Virus record (IMG/VR): IMGVR_UViG_3300049002_000008
Coordinates: 1 to 62,475 of that record
DNA: 62,475 nucleotides
Reading direction: 5' to 3' (one strand)
From: a virus
The position numbers and the translations under genes are program-made. Positions 34,482 to 45,010 of this stretch are shown in pieces. The stretch's first letter is position 1; every line of letters begins with the position of its first letter. The notes under the pieces were generated by a model that saw nothing but the letters and a program-made list of their open reading frames with translations, was not told where the DNA came from and searched no databases.

Positions 34482-34730
34482 ATGATGAGCGCATGGTCGA
34501 TGAGCAAGTCTCTGCGATGCCGCCCCAGTGAGGTGTACGGCATCCAGAGCCCGCTCGCGGCCTATTGCTTCGACAGCGCGGTAACGCGCTGGGGCAGTGC
34601 GCTCGAGGCCGACCTTCAGGCTGCCGGGGATGGCGAGAAGGACGGCAAGAAAGCCCAGCGCGCTCGAGAGCGCGTCCTGCGGCGTTATGTGCCCAGCACC
34701 GCCCGCTACCGGGACCCGGCAAAGGAGTAG
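34482..34730 (+). CDS. Tail assembly chaperone, T-like segment (separate ORF or frameshift extension)
   Basis: This frame is open from 34404 and overlaps the last 65 nt of the G-like ORF at +1 offset. Confidence 0.4.
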   Translation: MMSAWSMSKSLRCRPSEVYGIQSPLAAYCFDSAVTRWGSALEADLQAAGDGEKDGKKAQRARERVLRRYVPSTARYRDPAKE

Positions 34731-34733
34731 ACG

Positions 34734-37700
34734 GTGAGTTACGATCTTGGCACGGCGCACGGCAAGATCACCCTCGAGTACGACGGGGGCACTGCGGCGC
34801 GCCGTGCCAAGGACGACGTTGACGACGTAGGCGACAAGTCCAAGAAGAGCGACAAGGAAGTTCAGCGGTTCAGCAAGCGCCTGGGCTCGCTGTTCAAGAC
34901 GCTCGGCGGGATCGGCGCTACCGTCGGCAAATGGTCTGCGCTGGCCAGCGCCATCAGCCTGAGCGCGGTCAGCGCGGGCAACCTGGTGGTTCAGCTGTTG
35001 GGCGTCATACCGGCGCTCACAAGCATTCTGAGCCTTTCCGCCGCCCTCCCCGCCCTCTTCGCAGGCATGCTCGGCACGGTGGGCGTACTCAAGGCCGCGT
35101 TCAAGGGGCTGGGCGATGCGGTCTCCGCCGCCTTCGGCGATGACCCGGCGAAGTTCGATGAAGCTATCAAGGGGCTGGCCCCAGAAGCGCAGAAGGTAGC
35201 TCGAGCCTTCCAGGCTGCCGCGCCTCAGGTGAAGGCGCTCCAGCAGAGCATCCAGAACATCACCTTCAAGAACCTGGCTCCGCAGGTCACCGGGCTGCTC
35301 AACAGCCTCCTGCGGTTGCGACCGGTGCTCGAAGGTATCAGCGCGAACTTCAACCGGATCTTCAGCCAGGTACTGGACTTCGGCGCCAGCCAGGGCGTTT
35401 TCCGGTTCCTGCAGGGCAGCCTCGAGCAGGCCAGCAACGCGCTCAGCGGGCTGAACACCGCCCTCGGCCCCATCCTGAATGGGCTGCTGGCTGTTGCGCA
35501 GGTGGGGCTGACGGCCTTCCCGAACCTGGCCGTTACGATCGGCAGGATTGGCACGGCTTTCGGCAACTGGCTGAGTCAGATCGCCAGCAGTGGTCAGCTT
35601 CAGTCGTGGATCCAAACCGCCATCGCCACGCTGAAGACGCTGGGCGACATCATCGGGAATGTGTTCGGCGTGCTGCAGACGGTGCTCGGCACCGCGGTAA
35701 GCACGGGTGGTGGGTTGCTCAACACCATCGCCGACCTTACCGGGCACCTGGACGCCTTCCTGAGCAGCGCGGAAGGTGGCGCGGCTCTCACCAATCTGTT
35801 CAGCGGGTTGGCCGCTATCGGTGGCCAGCTCGGACCGATCTTCACCGGCCTCGTCAGTGCGGTTGCTCAGCTAGGGCCAGTGCTCGGAAGCATCGCCAGC
35901 GCTGTCGGTCCGGCACTGGGTAGCATCGTCACCGCGCTCGGTCCTGCGATTGCTTCTCTAGTGCCCGGCCTCAACGCCGTGGCGCAGGCCCTCGGGAGCG
36001 GCCTGGCGCAACTGGCGCCCGCGCTGGCCCCGCTGGGCGCGGTACTCGGGCAGGCCCTGACCGCGCTGGCTCCGGTGCTGCCGATCATCGGCAGTCTGGC
36101 CGCTCTCATCAACAACGTGCTCACGGCTGCGCTGCGCGTGCTGGTACCGCTGGTGGCGCCTGTCCTACAAGCCTTCACCGGTCTCATCCCGGTGTTCGAC
36201 CAGATCAGCCCGCTACTGGTCCAGATCGTTGAGGCCCTCGCCCCGCTGGCCGCGGCCCTCGGGGGCTCGTTGGCGACAGCTATCAGCTCCATCCTGCAAG
36301 CAGTTTTGCCGCTGGTGAGTAGCTTGCTTACCGGGCTACTGCCGGTGTTCCAGGCCCTCATCGGGATGGTGACACCCCTCATCACAGCCCTCGGACCGCT
36401 GCTCCAAGTGCTGGCCGAGATCCTGGGTGCAGCCATCAAGCCGCTCATCCCGGTCATCGTACAGTTGGCCGCCATTCTCACGCCGCTTTCCGCGATCTTT
36501 GCGAAGCTGCTGGCACCGGTGGTGGCGTTGCTGACGCCCATCCTGAACCTGATCGGCATGAAGGTCCTGGTGCCGATCATCACGCTGCTGGCCAAGGTGC
36601 TCGGGTTCATCCTGAGCCCCATCGTCAAGGCGGCGGAGGCCCTCACCAACCTGGGCAGCGGCTTCGATGGCATCAACTGGGGCGCCATCGGAGACGCCAT
36701 CGGCGGAGCCTTCAGCAGTGCCTGGGATGCTGTCAGCGGCTTCTTCAGTGACATCGGCGGATGGTTCGCAGACCTACCGGGACAGATCGGCGGAGCCTTT
36801 GCGGACGCTGGAAGCTGGGCGCTGGATGGCCTCAAGAACCTGGGTAGCGCCATCGGCGGGTTCTTCGTGGCCTTGCCGGGGCAGATCCTGGGCTTCCTGG
36901 CCGCACTGCCGGGCAGGCTCATTGACTTCCTCTCCAACCTGTCCCATCAGATGGCCTTCGCGGTAGGTGCAGGCATCGGCTTGCTACTCAGCTACTTCAT
37001 CAGCCTGCCTGGCCGCACGCTGGACGCCATCCGGAAGCTGCAAGACTTCGTTGTCAACTTCTTCACCAATCTGTTCAACTTCCTCATCGATCTGTTCTCC
37101 CGCAAGTTCGATGAGAGCATCGCCTTCTGGACGGCTTTCCCGGGCCGAGCCATGGCGGCTATCACGAGCCTGCTGACAACCGTCGGCACCTTCTTCACGA
37201 ATCTATGGAACGACGTCAAGCGCATCACAAGCGCAGCAATTGACGCCACCGTCAGTTTCCTAGCTGGTCTTCCCGCGCGGGCACGTGCAGCGCTGAGCAG
37301 CCTGGTAAGCTCCATCGGAGACATCGCGCGCAACGCGATGAACGCCGCACGCAACTTCATCAGCAACGGCATCAACGACGTCATCGCTTTCCTGCGCGGC
37401 CTACCTGGGCGCGTTGGGGAAATCGGTGGCCAGATGTACGAGGCTGGCAAGAACATCATTCAGAGCCTCATCAACGGCGCCAAGGCTATTGCTGGGCGGG
37501 CGATCAGCTTCATCAAGGATCTCGCCAAGGACATGCTCAACGGCTTCCTCAACACCTTTAAGATCGGCAGCCCCTCGAAGGTCATGGACGAGGGCGGTAG
37601 GGATGTCGTTCAGGGTCTCATCAATGGCTTGCTGGCTCTGAAGAAGAAGGCCGAGCAGACCATGGCGGGCGTCACTACCGGCGCAATGGCGGGGGTCACC

Positions 37701-37916
37701 AACAACATCATTACGGAGCCGAGGCTGCTGGTGCCGCCCCCGACCGCCCCCTCCTCGCAGCCAGCGCCCGCCGGACATGCTGAGGCCAGCATAGTCATCC
37801 AGAGCCTGAACATTACCCTACAAGGGATCTGGGACATGAACGACCCGCAGGCTAGCCGTCGCATCGCGGTGACCCTCAACGAGGCCATCGAACGTCTGAA
37901 GGGACAGTACCGCTAA
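34734..37916 (+). CDS. Tape measure protein
   Basis: 1060 aa, Gly/Ala/Leu-rich helical repeats, position fits. Confidence 0.85.
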   Translation: MSYDLGTAHGKITLEYDGGTAARRAKDDVDDVGDKSKKSDKEVQRFSKRLGSLFKTLGGIGATVGKWSALASAISLSAVSAGNLVVQLLGVIPALTSILSLSAALPALFAGMLGTVGVLKAAFKGLGDAVSAAFGDDPAKFDEAIKGLAPEAQKVARAFQAAAPQVKALQQSIQNITFKNLAPQVTGLLNSLLRLRPVLEGISANFNRIFSQVLDFGASQGVFRFLQGSLEQASNALSGLNTALGPILNGLLAVAQVGLTAFPNLAVTIGRIGTAFGNWLSQIASSGQLQSWIQTAIATLKTLGDIIGNVFGVLQTVLGTAVSTGGGLLNTIADLTGHLDAFLSSAEGGAALTNLFSGLAAIGGQLGPIFTGLVSAVAQLGPVLGSIASAVGPALGSIVTALGPAIASLVPGLNAVAQALGSGLAQLAPALAPLGAVLGQALTALAPVLPIIGSLAALINNVLTAALRVLVPLVAPVLQAFTGLIPVFDQISPLLVQIVEALAPLAAALGGSLATAISSILQAVLPLVSSLLTGLLPVFQALIGMVTPLITALGPLLQVLAEILGAAIKPLIPVIVQLAAILTPLSAIFAKLLAPVVALLTPILNLIGMKVLVPIITLLAKVLGFILSPIVKAAEALTNLGSGFDGINWGAIGDAIGGAFSSAWDAVSGFFSDIGGWFADLPGQIGGAFADAGSWALDGLKNLGSAIGGFFVALPGQILGFLAALPGRLIDFLSNLSHQMAFAVGAGIGLLLSYFISLPGRTLDAIRKLQDFVVNFFTNLFNFLIDLFSRKFDESIAFWTAFPGRAMAAITSLLTTVGTFFTNLWNDVKRITSAAIDATVSFLAGLPARARAALSSLVSSIGDIARNAMNAARNFISNGINDVIAFLRGLPGRVGEIGGQMYEAGKNIIQSLINGAKAIAGRAISFIKDLAKDMLNGFLNTFKIGSPSKVMDEGGRDVVQGLINGLLALKKKAEQTMAGVTTGAMAGVTNNIITEPRLLVPPPTAPSSQPAPAGHAEASIVIQSLNITLQGIWDMNDPQASRRIAVTLNEAIERLKGQYR
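35041..35065 (+). repeat. Polar C-tract/TCGCAG motif, copy 13
   Basis: ccgccctccccgccctcttcgcagg (read as ALPALFAG). Confidence 0.8.
37734..37760 (+). repeat. Polar C-tract/TCGCAG motif, copy 14
   Basis: ccgcccccgaccgccccctcctcgcag (read as PPPTAPSSQP). Confidence 0.8.
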
Positions 37917-39133
37917 TGCCATGGGGAACCTTGCAACTCGGCGGCCTCCTGCTCAAGGAGACGGACACCCTGACAGACGCCACAAACGCCAACACTGGCG
38001 AGCGCGCGGTGAAGGTGGAGGGCCGAGAGACGGTGCCAGGAGCCACGCTGGCCGACATCGAGGCCAAGCAGGAGGACATCGTCAGCATCATGGGGCGAAC
38101 CCTCCCCGCGGTGTTCCAGCGCAAGACGCTCTACAACGGGTATTACGTCGTCACGGATGCCAACGCCGAGTACGAGAAGTGGGTGGAGGGGCCAGCCCAG
38201 GTACGTTGGAGCCTGGCGCTGGGTTTCCTCGGGCCGGACAGCGCGGTGGACCTGGAGTCGAGGTTGGCCAATGTGGTGCGTCTCAACGACTTCAGCCTCG
38301 CCGGAGAACGCTGGCACGCGCCTCCGGTTGGGCACTACAGCTATCAGGTAGGCACGGCGGTGCCCAGCCTCGTGAGCCGGACCAGTGCGGATGGTGTTGT
38401 CGTGGTCTACCGGAGCATCCCAGCGGCTACGAACCCGCGCTGGGGCGCCAGCCCCGCCAACTACCTGCTAGGGCGTGTTCGGGTGCTCCAGGGGGCCATA
38501 GAGCGGGCAGGAGTCGGCATTACCCTGACGCCCACCGGCTGGGAGATGAACAACGCGCTGGTCCGGGTAAAGGTTGACACCATCGCGGCCGCGAGCACCC
38601 TGCGAGTGGCGGCCTGGACGGGCGCAGCCTGGCAGGACAAGAGCTGGGATGTGCGCTACGCCGGAACGACCGCCCTCCCGGCGCACGTGAAGAGCGCCAC
38701 CGTGATGCGCAACGACTCCGAGATGTGCACGGTGCGCCTTGTCCTACAGCTCCCAGCGGACTCGAGCCGCAAGCTGCTGGATGTCAGTCTGCGTCGGGGG
38801 TCCAGGTTCATCGAGTGCTACGCCCAGACGGTAGCCGCCGTGACCCTCGTCGCTACCCCGGACACCCTCGAAGCTGCTGTCGACACCAGCGCCAGCGGGT
38901 ACATGCGGGCTACGAGCAACGACGCAGCGGGCAACCGGTTCGTCACGGGCAGCGCGCGCAGCTTCACCGCCGACGCCAACGGCGGCATCAGCAAAGCAGC
39001 CACTACCACGCTAGACTTCTTCATCGGGGTTGAGGCCGCCGGAACTGGCGCAGTGGCTGGGGATCAGGCTACGAACCTCCGCGACCAGTACATCGGGGCG
39101 ATGACAGAGAAGGTGGGGGTGGCGCGCAGGTGA
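37916..39133 (+). CDS. Distal tail protein (putative)
   Basis: First ORF after the tape measure gene (ATGCC overlap). Confidence 0.5.
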   Translation: MPWGTLQLGGLLLKETDTLTDATNANTGERAVKVEGRETVPGATLADIEAKQEDIVSIMGRTLPAVFQRKTLYNGYYVVTDANAEYEKWVEGPAQVRWSLALGFLGPDSAVDLESRLANVVRLNDFSLAGERWHAPPVGHYSYQVGTAVPSLVSRTSADGVVVVYRSIPAATNPRWGASPANYLLGRVRVLQGAIERAGVGITLTPTGWEMNNALVRVKVDTIAAASTLRVAAWTGAAWQDKSWDVRYAGTTALPAHVKSATVMRNDSEMCTVRLVLQLPADSSRKLLDVSLRRGSRFIECYAQTVAAVTLVATPDTLEAAVDTSASGYMRATSNDAAGNRFVTGSARSFTADANGGISKAATTTLDFFIGVEAAGTGAVAGDQATNLRDQYIGAMTEKVGVARR

Positions 39134-41835
39134 GCGTAACCGAGATCAAGCAGGCGCTAGGCGGATGGGAGCTGCGCCTGCGTCCGGACACGCCCAAGGA
39201 GATCCTGGACGCCCTCAGCTTCTATGGCCACATCGCGGTGGTGCCAGGGCAGGTGGATCCCAAGCAGTACGGCGACAACCTGCTGACCACAGCTCGCTAC
39301 GTCGGGGTATACCGAGGCAAGGACAGCCAGAACAACTACACGCTCAAGGGCAGCGGGATGGCCTTCTGGCTGGGCGACGAGGACAACAAGGGCGACGTGT
39401 TCGAGACAGCGGTGACCCTTACGGGGGCTACCTTTGCGGCCAGCGTCACCGCCCTCCTTCCCGCAGGCGGAGCGGTCATCGCGGGCACTCTCAATGCGAT
39501 CGCGGGTACCTATACCGGGAAGCACCAGTGGCAGACACCGCGGGAAGCCATCACATACGTCACGGACACCTTCGGCGGTGAGTGGCGCGTCAACGGCAAC
39601 GCGACGCTGGACGCCGGTACGGTAGCCCAGCTCTACAACGTCAGTCCTACGGCGTTGTTGACCCCTCGGGGAAAGGGAGCCGACCTCCTGCGGAAGGCGT
39701 TGGAGGGTCGGCTATCCATGGGCGTAGACGTCGAAGACGTCACGACGCGGGTGGTGCTGCTGGCCGAGGGAGCCGGGGACAGCATCGCCACCGGTAGCGC
39801 CAATGCACCCGCTACTCCGTTCAAGGACATTCGCGGCAACGCCATCAAGGCGACCCGCATCGTCAGTGAGAGCGGCACCGAGTCTACGAACGCCGCAGCG
39901 CGGGCGCAGCTCCAGCTGAACCGATTTGTCAACGCCCGACGCAGTGTCGAGCTGAGCAGTGGCGAGTACGACGTCAAGGGCACCTTCAAGGTCGGCGATT
40001 ACCTCGACGTCTACGACCCGGAAAACGGCTTCTACGACATCCTCCGCGAGGTGTACTGGGCGGGCGATCGCATCAACCCGATGGCCCTGCGCTGCGTCGA
40101 GATGACCTGGCCCATCCCGGACGGCTGGACGGTGGCCTTCCGAGACATCAATGGGCTATGGATCGACCTCAGCCGGTACTACATCGGCGAAGGCGGCGAT
40201 ACTACCATCGTCGTCGGGGAGTTGGCTCGCGGGCTGAGCAGCGTCGGCGGCGAGCCCATTGGGGTGCGGCCGAATCTGCCCGAGGCCGGAGCAGACTTCA
40301 CGGTGCCCGCCGCGCCCACCTGGGGCACCTTCAGCGGGGGTAGCTATCAGCCGTCAACGGGGGAGTGGACCAAGTCTGCCATCCTGGCCGTGTGGACGCA
40401 GCCCCTGAACGGGGACGCCAGCACGATTACCGACGGTGGGCACTACGAGCTGCGCTACCGTGTCAACGCCTTCATCGGCTATGGCGTGCGCTGGGGCCAG
40501 CTTGCGGGCTACCGCTGGGGTGCGCTCAGTGCGAACAAGTGGGGCGCGCCCATCACTGACCCAGTGTCCTCCGGCGAGTGGCACTCCGTCTTCATCCCCT
40601 GGGGTCAGACCCAGATGCTGATCCAGGAGCTTACCCCGGGCGTCGAGTACGAGTTCCAGATCCGGGCAGTAGACGCCGCTGACCCGCCGCACCAGGGGCC
40701 GTGGAGCGTCAGCAAGTTCTACGTAGCTACCGGGGATCTGTTCGCACCAAGCCAACCCGCGGCGCCAGTGGTGGCGACCAGCATGATAGCCATCCAGATC
40801 GTGCACACCCTCGGCAAGGCGGCGGGCGGGACGTACAACTTGGAGTCGGACCTGGCGTACCTGAGTGTGCACCTCGGTCCTTCCAGCAGCTTCGCAGCGG
40901 ACAACACGAACCAGATCGGCAAGCTCATTGCCAACAGCGGTATGATCCAGGCGCAGATCCCGGCGGTGGGCACCTTCAAGGTGGACAGTACCGAGGCTAT
41001 CTGGATCCGTGTCATCGCGGTTGACCGAGCGGGCAACGAGTCCAGCCCGAGCAACGCCGTGCAATCCACCGTGACGCTCATCGACGATGCGCACATCAGC
41101 GACCTAACCGTCAGCAAGGTTACAGCCGGTACCATCAACGCAGCCTGGCTGTTGGCGGGCAGCATCAAGACGGCCAACACCGGCGCTCGAGTGGAGGTCG
41201 ACGCCGCGGGCGTACGGGCGTACAACTCGGCAGGACTCAACACCACCAACATCGAGTCTGCCAATGGAAACGCCACCATAACCGGAGAGTTCAGCACTGC
41301 GGTGGATGGCGCAGGAGTGCAGATCATCCCTGGCAACCCAGGGCTGATCCTTCTCCGACCCAATCCGGCCGACAACCACTACGGCCAGCTCTACGGGCTG
41401 TACTTCGGGACAGAGAACGCGACTGAGCTGAGCGTTCGGCGCACCAGCGATGACTCCATCGACGGCGGTAAGGTGCTACTGATGGAGACCGGTGCGGTGC
41501 TCAGCCACCAGCCAGCTAGCCCAGGAGTGGAAACATACATCTCGGTGGGCTGGCCGATTGCCCAGACTCTGTTCGGCCGCGGCAAGGTAGACAGCGCCTT
41601 CCACTTCAGCGACTCGATGTTCTTCACCTCTGGCGTTGTGGTGGGTGCAGGCTTCGGCGCCATCGCCATCAACTACGGCGCCACCATGACCAGCTCGGTG
41701 TTCCCGCTCTACAGCATCAGCGGCGCAGCCCCCAGCTTCAACCACTGCATCAACCTGTCCTCGCTTACCGGGTATAGCGTTTCGTGGGATGATGGGCTGG
41801 CGCACAACGTCTGGAGTTGGGTGTGCCGAGCCTAA
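39130..41835 (+). CDS. Tail-associated / baseplate hub protein (putative)
   Basis: 901-aa ORF, second after the tape measure gene. Confidence 0.5.
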   Translation: MSVTEIKQALGGWELRLRPDTPKEILDALSFYGHIAVVPGQVDPKQYGDNLLTTARYVGVYRGKDSQNNYTLKGSGMAFWLGDEDNKGDVFETAVTLTGATFAASVTALLPAGGAVIAGTLNAIAGTYTGKHQWQTPREAITYVTDTFGGEWRVNGNATLDAGTVAQLYNVSPTALLTPRGKGADLLRKALEGRLSMGVDVEDVTTRVVLLAEGAGDSIATGSANAPATPFKDIRGNAIKATRIVSESGTESTNAAARAQLQLNRFVNARRSVELSSGEYDVKGTFKVGDYLDVYDPENGFYDILREVYWAGDRINPMALRCVEMTWPIPDGWTVAFRDINGLWIDLSRYYIGEGGDTTIVVGELARGLSSVGGEPIGVRPNLPEAGADFTVPAAPTWGTFSGGSYQPSTGEWTKSAILAVWTQPLNGDASTITDGGHYELRYRVNAFIGYGVRWGQLAGYRWGALSANKWGAPITDPVSSGEWHSVFIPWGQTQMLIQELTPGVEYEFQIRAVDAADPPHQGPWSVSKFYVATGDLFAPSQPAAPVVATSMIAIQIVHTLGKAAGGTYNLESDLAYLSVHLGPSSSFAADNTNQIGKLIANSGMIQAQIPAVGTFKVDSTEAIWIRVIAVDRAGNESSPSNAVQSTVTLIDDAHISDLTVSKVTAGTINAAWLLAGSIKTANTGARVEVDAAGVRAYNSAGLNTTNIESANGNATITGEFSTAVDGAGVQIIPGNPGLILLRPNPADNHYGQLYGLYFGTENATELSVRRTSDDSIDGGKVLLMETGAVLSHQPASPGVETYISVGWPIAQTLFGRGKVDSAFHFSDSMFFTSGVVVGAGFGAIAINYGATMTSSVFPLYSISGAAPSFNHCINLSSLTGYSVSWDDGLAHNVWSWVCRA
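39447..39467 (+). repeat. Polar C-tract/CGCAG motif, copy 15 (variant CCCGCAG)
   Basis: caccgccctccttcccgcagg. Confidence 0.6.
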
Positions 41836-41844
41836 GGAGAAGCC

Positions 41845-42414
41845 ATGATCATTGAGCTGCTGGACGTACAGCCGTACGACAGCCACCAGATGATGTGCAC
41901 GTTGGACGTTACTGACGACGGAGGCACCACGGTTCGCACGGCGTACTTCCTGCCATACGACGCCGCAGAGTGGCGCATCGCCGAGTATGACCTGGATCCC
42001 GCCGACCACGAAACGGTGCTCGACATCCTACTGTGGGAGATGCACGCACACGCTGACGTGCCCGAAGACCTCAAGCTGCACCACGCACCCACCGTAGAGG
42101 CCGCTCGCACTGCCATGCTCGGCGCTGTGCGGGCGCGCAAGGCCACCAGCGACAGCAAGCGGGCGGCCAAACTGCGAGGGAAGGGGGCCGGGGAGGACCC
42201 AGAGCCTGCAGCCCGAGAAAAGATGCGCGGACTGTGTCTCGTGCAGGACGACGTCGTCGAGGTCAAGCGGGAGCACGTGCACAGGCAGCGGGAGACCATC
42301 TCCGAGCAACGCTCCGCTAGCCTCGCCCCGCCCCTCCCCCTCGCAGGCGACCGAGCCGCGCAGTTCAAGTCAGCGAGCAACCTAACGAAGGAGCCCAAAG
42401 GCCATGGCAACTAG
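41845..42414 (+). CDS. Hypothetical protein (189 aa)
   Basis: ORF from the track with SD aaggagaagcc upstream. Confidence 0.5.
   Translation: MIIELLDVQPYDSHQMMCTLDVTDDGGTTVRTAYFLPYDAAEWRIAEYDLDPADHETVLDILLWEMHAHADVPEDLKLHHAPTVEAARTAMLGAVRARKATSDSKRAAKLRGKGAGEDPEPAAREKMRGLCLVQDDVVEVKREHVHRQRETISEQRSASLAPPLPLAGDRAAQFKSASNLTKEPKGHGN
42321..42347 (+). repeat. Polar C-tract/TCGCAG motif, copy 16
   Basis: cctcgccccgcccctccccctcgcagg (read as APPLPLAG). Confidence 0.85.
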
Positions 42415-43240
42415 TACGACGCGCCTCGCGCTCCGCAAGCCGGACCCGAACCCCACCACCGGCGACTTTGTCGACGTTGCTGCAGACCTGAGCGCCAACT
42501 GGGACAAGATCGACGCTGCCATTGGCGCCACCATCTGTACCTCCGGCACCCGCCCGGGGGCGCCCTGGGACGGCCAGGTCATCCGAGAGACGGACACCCG
42601 TCGAATTGCCATATGGAACAACACCCAGGCCATCTGGCAGAGCATCAACGGGGCCTACATCTGCACCTCAGGCGCCCGGCCCTCCAGCCCCTTCGATGGG
42701 CTTATGATTCGGGAAACGGACACCCGGCGCTTCTACATCTGGAACGCCACTCAAGCCACTTGGGATCTGGTCAATGATCCGCTGGCCGTCATCCCGCCCA
42801 ACACGCTGTTCGCCAGGCGCACCAGCAATAGCGCAGGCAAGCAGAACAACACGATGGCCGATGACACCGCGCTCATCCTGCCGGTCGTGAGCGGTGGGGT
42901 GTACGCCATCGACTCGCAGATCATCTATACCTCGCCCGCGGCGGCCGACTTCCAGGCGGGCTGGAGCGGTCCGGCCAGCTCCTCGTTCGACTGGGCGAGC
43001 TGGGGTACCGCGCAGTCGGTGACGACCTTCGAGGGCCTCATCAAGGTGGAGGGCCGGAGCATCGCCCAGACGGCCTTCCTCGGCGGCTCGGATGCGGTTT
43101 CCCTGACCTGCCGACCAGGCGGGCTGTTCATCGCAGGGGCCAACGGCAGCCTGACCTTCCGCTGGGCGCAAGGAACAACGACCGCTAGCGACACCATCGT
43201 GTATTCGCGCTCGTGGGTGCGCGGCGTGCGAGTGGCCTAG
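42404..43240 (+). CDS. Minor tail / receptor-binding-like protein
   Basis: Internal duplication ICTSGTRPGAPWDGQVIRETDTRRIAIWN / ICTSGARPSSPFDGLMIRETDTRRFYIWN. Confidence 0.5.
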   Translation: MATSTTRLALRKPDPNPTTGDFVDVAADLSANWDKIDAAIGATICTSGTRPGAPWDGQVIRETDTRRIAIWNNTQAIWQSINGAYICTSGARPSSPFDGLMIRETDTRRFYIWNATQATWDLVNDPLAVIPPNTLFARRTSNSAGKQNNTMADDTALILPVVSGGVYAIDSQIIYTSPAAADFQAGWSGPASSSFDWASWGTAQSVTTFEGLIKVEGRSIAQTAFLGGSDAVSLTCRPGGLFIAGANGSLTFRWAQGTTTASDTIVYSRSWVRGVRVA

Positions 43241-43266
43241 ACTGGTATGGACAGAGGGGAGGAACC

Positions 43267-44262
43267 ATGACGGCAACAACGATCCCCGCCGACCTGGCGG
43301 AGCACCGCACACGCATGATGGCCAAGACTGGCCTGCGAGGCGATGACTACGGCATTGCTCCTGATGAGAGCCACAAGTCAGGCGGCGGGTACCACTGCGG
43401 GCGCATGGATTGCCAGAACATCGGCAAGTACCATCCGCCAGCGACCAGCCATGTCGGCAGCACCACTGAGGACTACTCGGTACGCCAACTGCGAGACAGG
43501 TTGCCGGGTGGGAATGCGGCCAGCGCCGAGGACATCGGGGATGACTGGCCCAACGGCGGTCGTCAGGCTTGGCTGAGGTTTAACAACCTGCTCGTCAAGC
43601 AGCTCCAGGCGGGCGACCCCGAGCTGGCCGCCATCCGGGAGGTCAACTTCAGCCCGGACGGCACCGCCCGCAAACGTTGGGATGCACTGCACCCCAACGA
43701 CGGCCCGAACGAGGACGGCATCGTCCCAAGCACGGACACCGTCTACATGCACACGCATCTCGGCCTCTGGCGGGACACCGCCGGAACTCCCGCGCGCGCC
43801 CGCACCTTGGCGCGCATCGAACAGATCGCAGAAGCGGCCATCGCCAACCGGCCGCTGGCATCGACCACCGAGGAGGACGACATGGGCGCCAGTACCGGCC
43901 CGATCAACATCAACGTGGAGGGCAACACCTCCCTCACCGTGCCGCCTACCGAGGCTGGTGCGGCGGATCCCCGCGAGGCCTGGCTGAACGTGGGGAATGA
44001 CACGAACGACAAGCCGTACGCCTTGCGCATCTGGTTCGGTGACGGTGTTGCCGGAGCCTGGAAGCCGGGCGACGCGGATGGGCTCTTCCCGATGAAGAGC
44101 GGCGTGACGCTGTCGCTGAAGCTTCCCAAGGGCACCCGCATCGTCACCATCATGCGCAAGGCGGTGGACGCCGCCGGGAAGGTGGTCGACCCGACCTCCG
44201 AGCTGGAGGCGTACGCGGGTCACCTCACGTGCTGCATCGAGCGCGGCCCCGTTATCCACTGA
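43267..44262 (+). CDS. Putative cell-wall hydrolase / lysin (position only)
   Basis: Last large ORF before three membrane-protein genes. DESHKSGGGYHCG motif. No catalytic family recognised. Confidence 0.3.
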   Translation: MTATTIPADLAEHRTRMMAKTGLRGDDYGIAPDESHKSGGGYHCGRMDCQNIGKYHPPATSHVGSTTEDYSVRQLRDRLPGGNAASAEDIGDDWPNGGRQAWLRFNNLLVKQLQAGDPELAAIREVNFSPDGTARKRWDALHPNDGPNEDGIVPSTDTVYMHTHLGLWRDTAGTPARARTLARIEQIAEAAIANRPLASTTEEDDMGASTGPININVEGNTSLTVPPTEAGAADPREAWLNVGNDTNDKPYALRIWFGDGVAGAWKPGDADGLFPMKSGVTLSLKLPKGTRIVTIMRKAVDAAGKVVDPTSELEAYAGHLTCCIERGPVIH

Positions 44263-44309
44263 CGCAATACCCCCACGGCACGCTTAGGCGAGAGGGCAAG
44301 GGAACGTGA

Positions 44310-44567
44310 GTGAAGTGGTCAGCCTTCATGGCGGGGTTGCGCGACGTGACGAGCCTGAGCGCGGGGGGATACACCCTGATCAGCCAGGTGCAAGTCGCGC
44401 GGGATCACCCCGAATCCGTCAACTTTTTTCTTATAGCGGCGGGTCTCGTCCTCCTCGGCGCACCGGGAGTCATCGGCGTATTTCAGGTCCGTCGTGGCAG
44501 CGACGAACCCCCGGATACTCCAGAGCCGCCATCGCAACCTCGGCGGCGAGCGTCCTCGCGGCGATGA
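44310..44567 (+). CDS. Membrane protein (holin candidate)
   Basis: TM segment FFLIAAGLVLLGAPGVIGVF. GTG start. Confidence 0.45.
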   Translation: MKWSAFMAGLRDVTSLSAGGYTLISQVQVARDHPESVNFFLIAAGLVLLGAPGVIGVFQVRRGSDEPPDTPEPPSQPRRRASSRR

Positions 44568-44609
44568 TCCTCCTGTACTACTTGATCGTTGTCCTGAAGG
44601 CGGGATAGC

Positions 44610-44951
44610 GTGGAGGAGCTACGCAAGCAGCAGGCCATTCTCGGACGGCAGCAGGTGAAAATCAATCGCCTGGTGAACCTTATCGGTATTGGCATTGCCA
44701 CGGTCATTGTCATATTCGCCGTGACCATCACGTACATCGTGGTGGTCAGCCGGGGAAACAAGGAAGCCTACTGCACGCTTATCGAGACCAACCGAGCAGA
44801 GAAGCGCGCACAGCTCAGGGGCTTCGAGGAAACCCCGCCCACCACCGAGGTCGGGCGCAACCTGGAGGGCACCTATCGGGACTCCTTGGCCGCCTGGGAT
44901 CGGCTATGGGACACTGTGGGGTGTAAAGCCGTCAAGGAGCAGCCCCTCTAG
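44610..44951 (+). CDS. Membrane-anchored protein (lysis accessory candidate)
   Basis: N-terminal TM segment LIGIGIATVIVIFAVTITYIVVV. Confidence 0.5.
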   Translation: MEELRKQQAILGRQQVKINRLVNLIGIGIATVIVIFAVTITYIVVVSRGNKEAYCTLIETNRAEKRAQLRGFEETPPTTEVGRNLEGTYRDSLAAWDRLWDTVGCKAVKEQPL

Positions 44952-45010
44952 AACGCAATCGGCGCTTTGGGGCATGCCCCAGGTACCCCCGAAAGGGCAA
45001 GGTGGTTCTA

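Noticed and set aside
44564-44608. 14-codon ORF MILLYYLIVVLKAG, overlapping the stop of the 44310 gene (frame of track ORF 44306-44608).
   Set aside because: It is too short to support. The 44306 frame has poorer codon bias than the 44310 frame upstream of this point.
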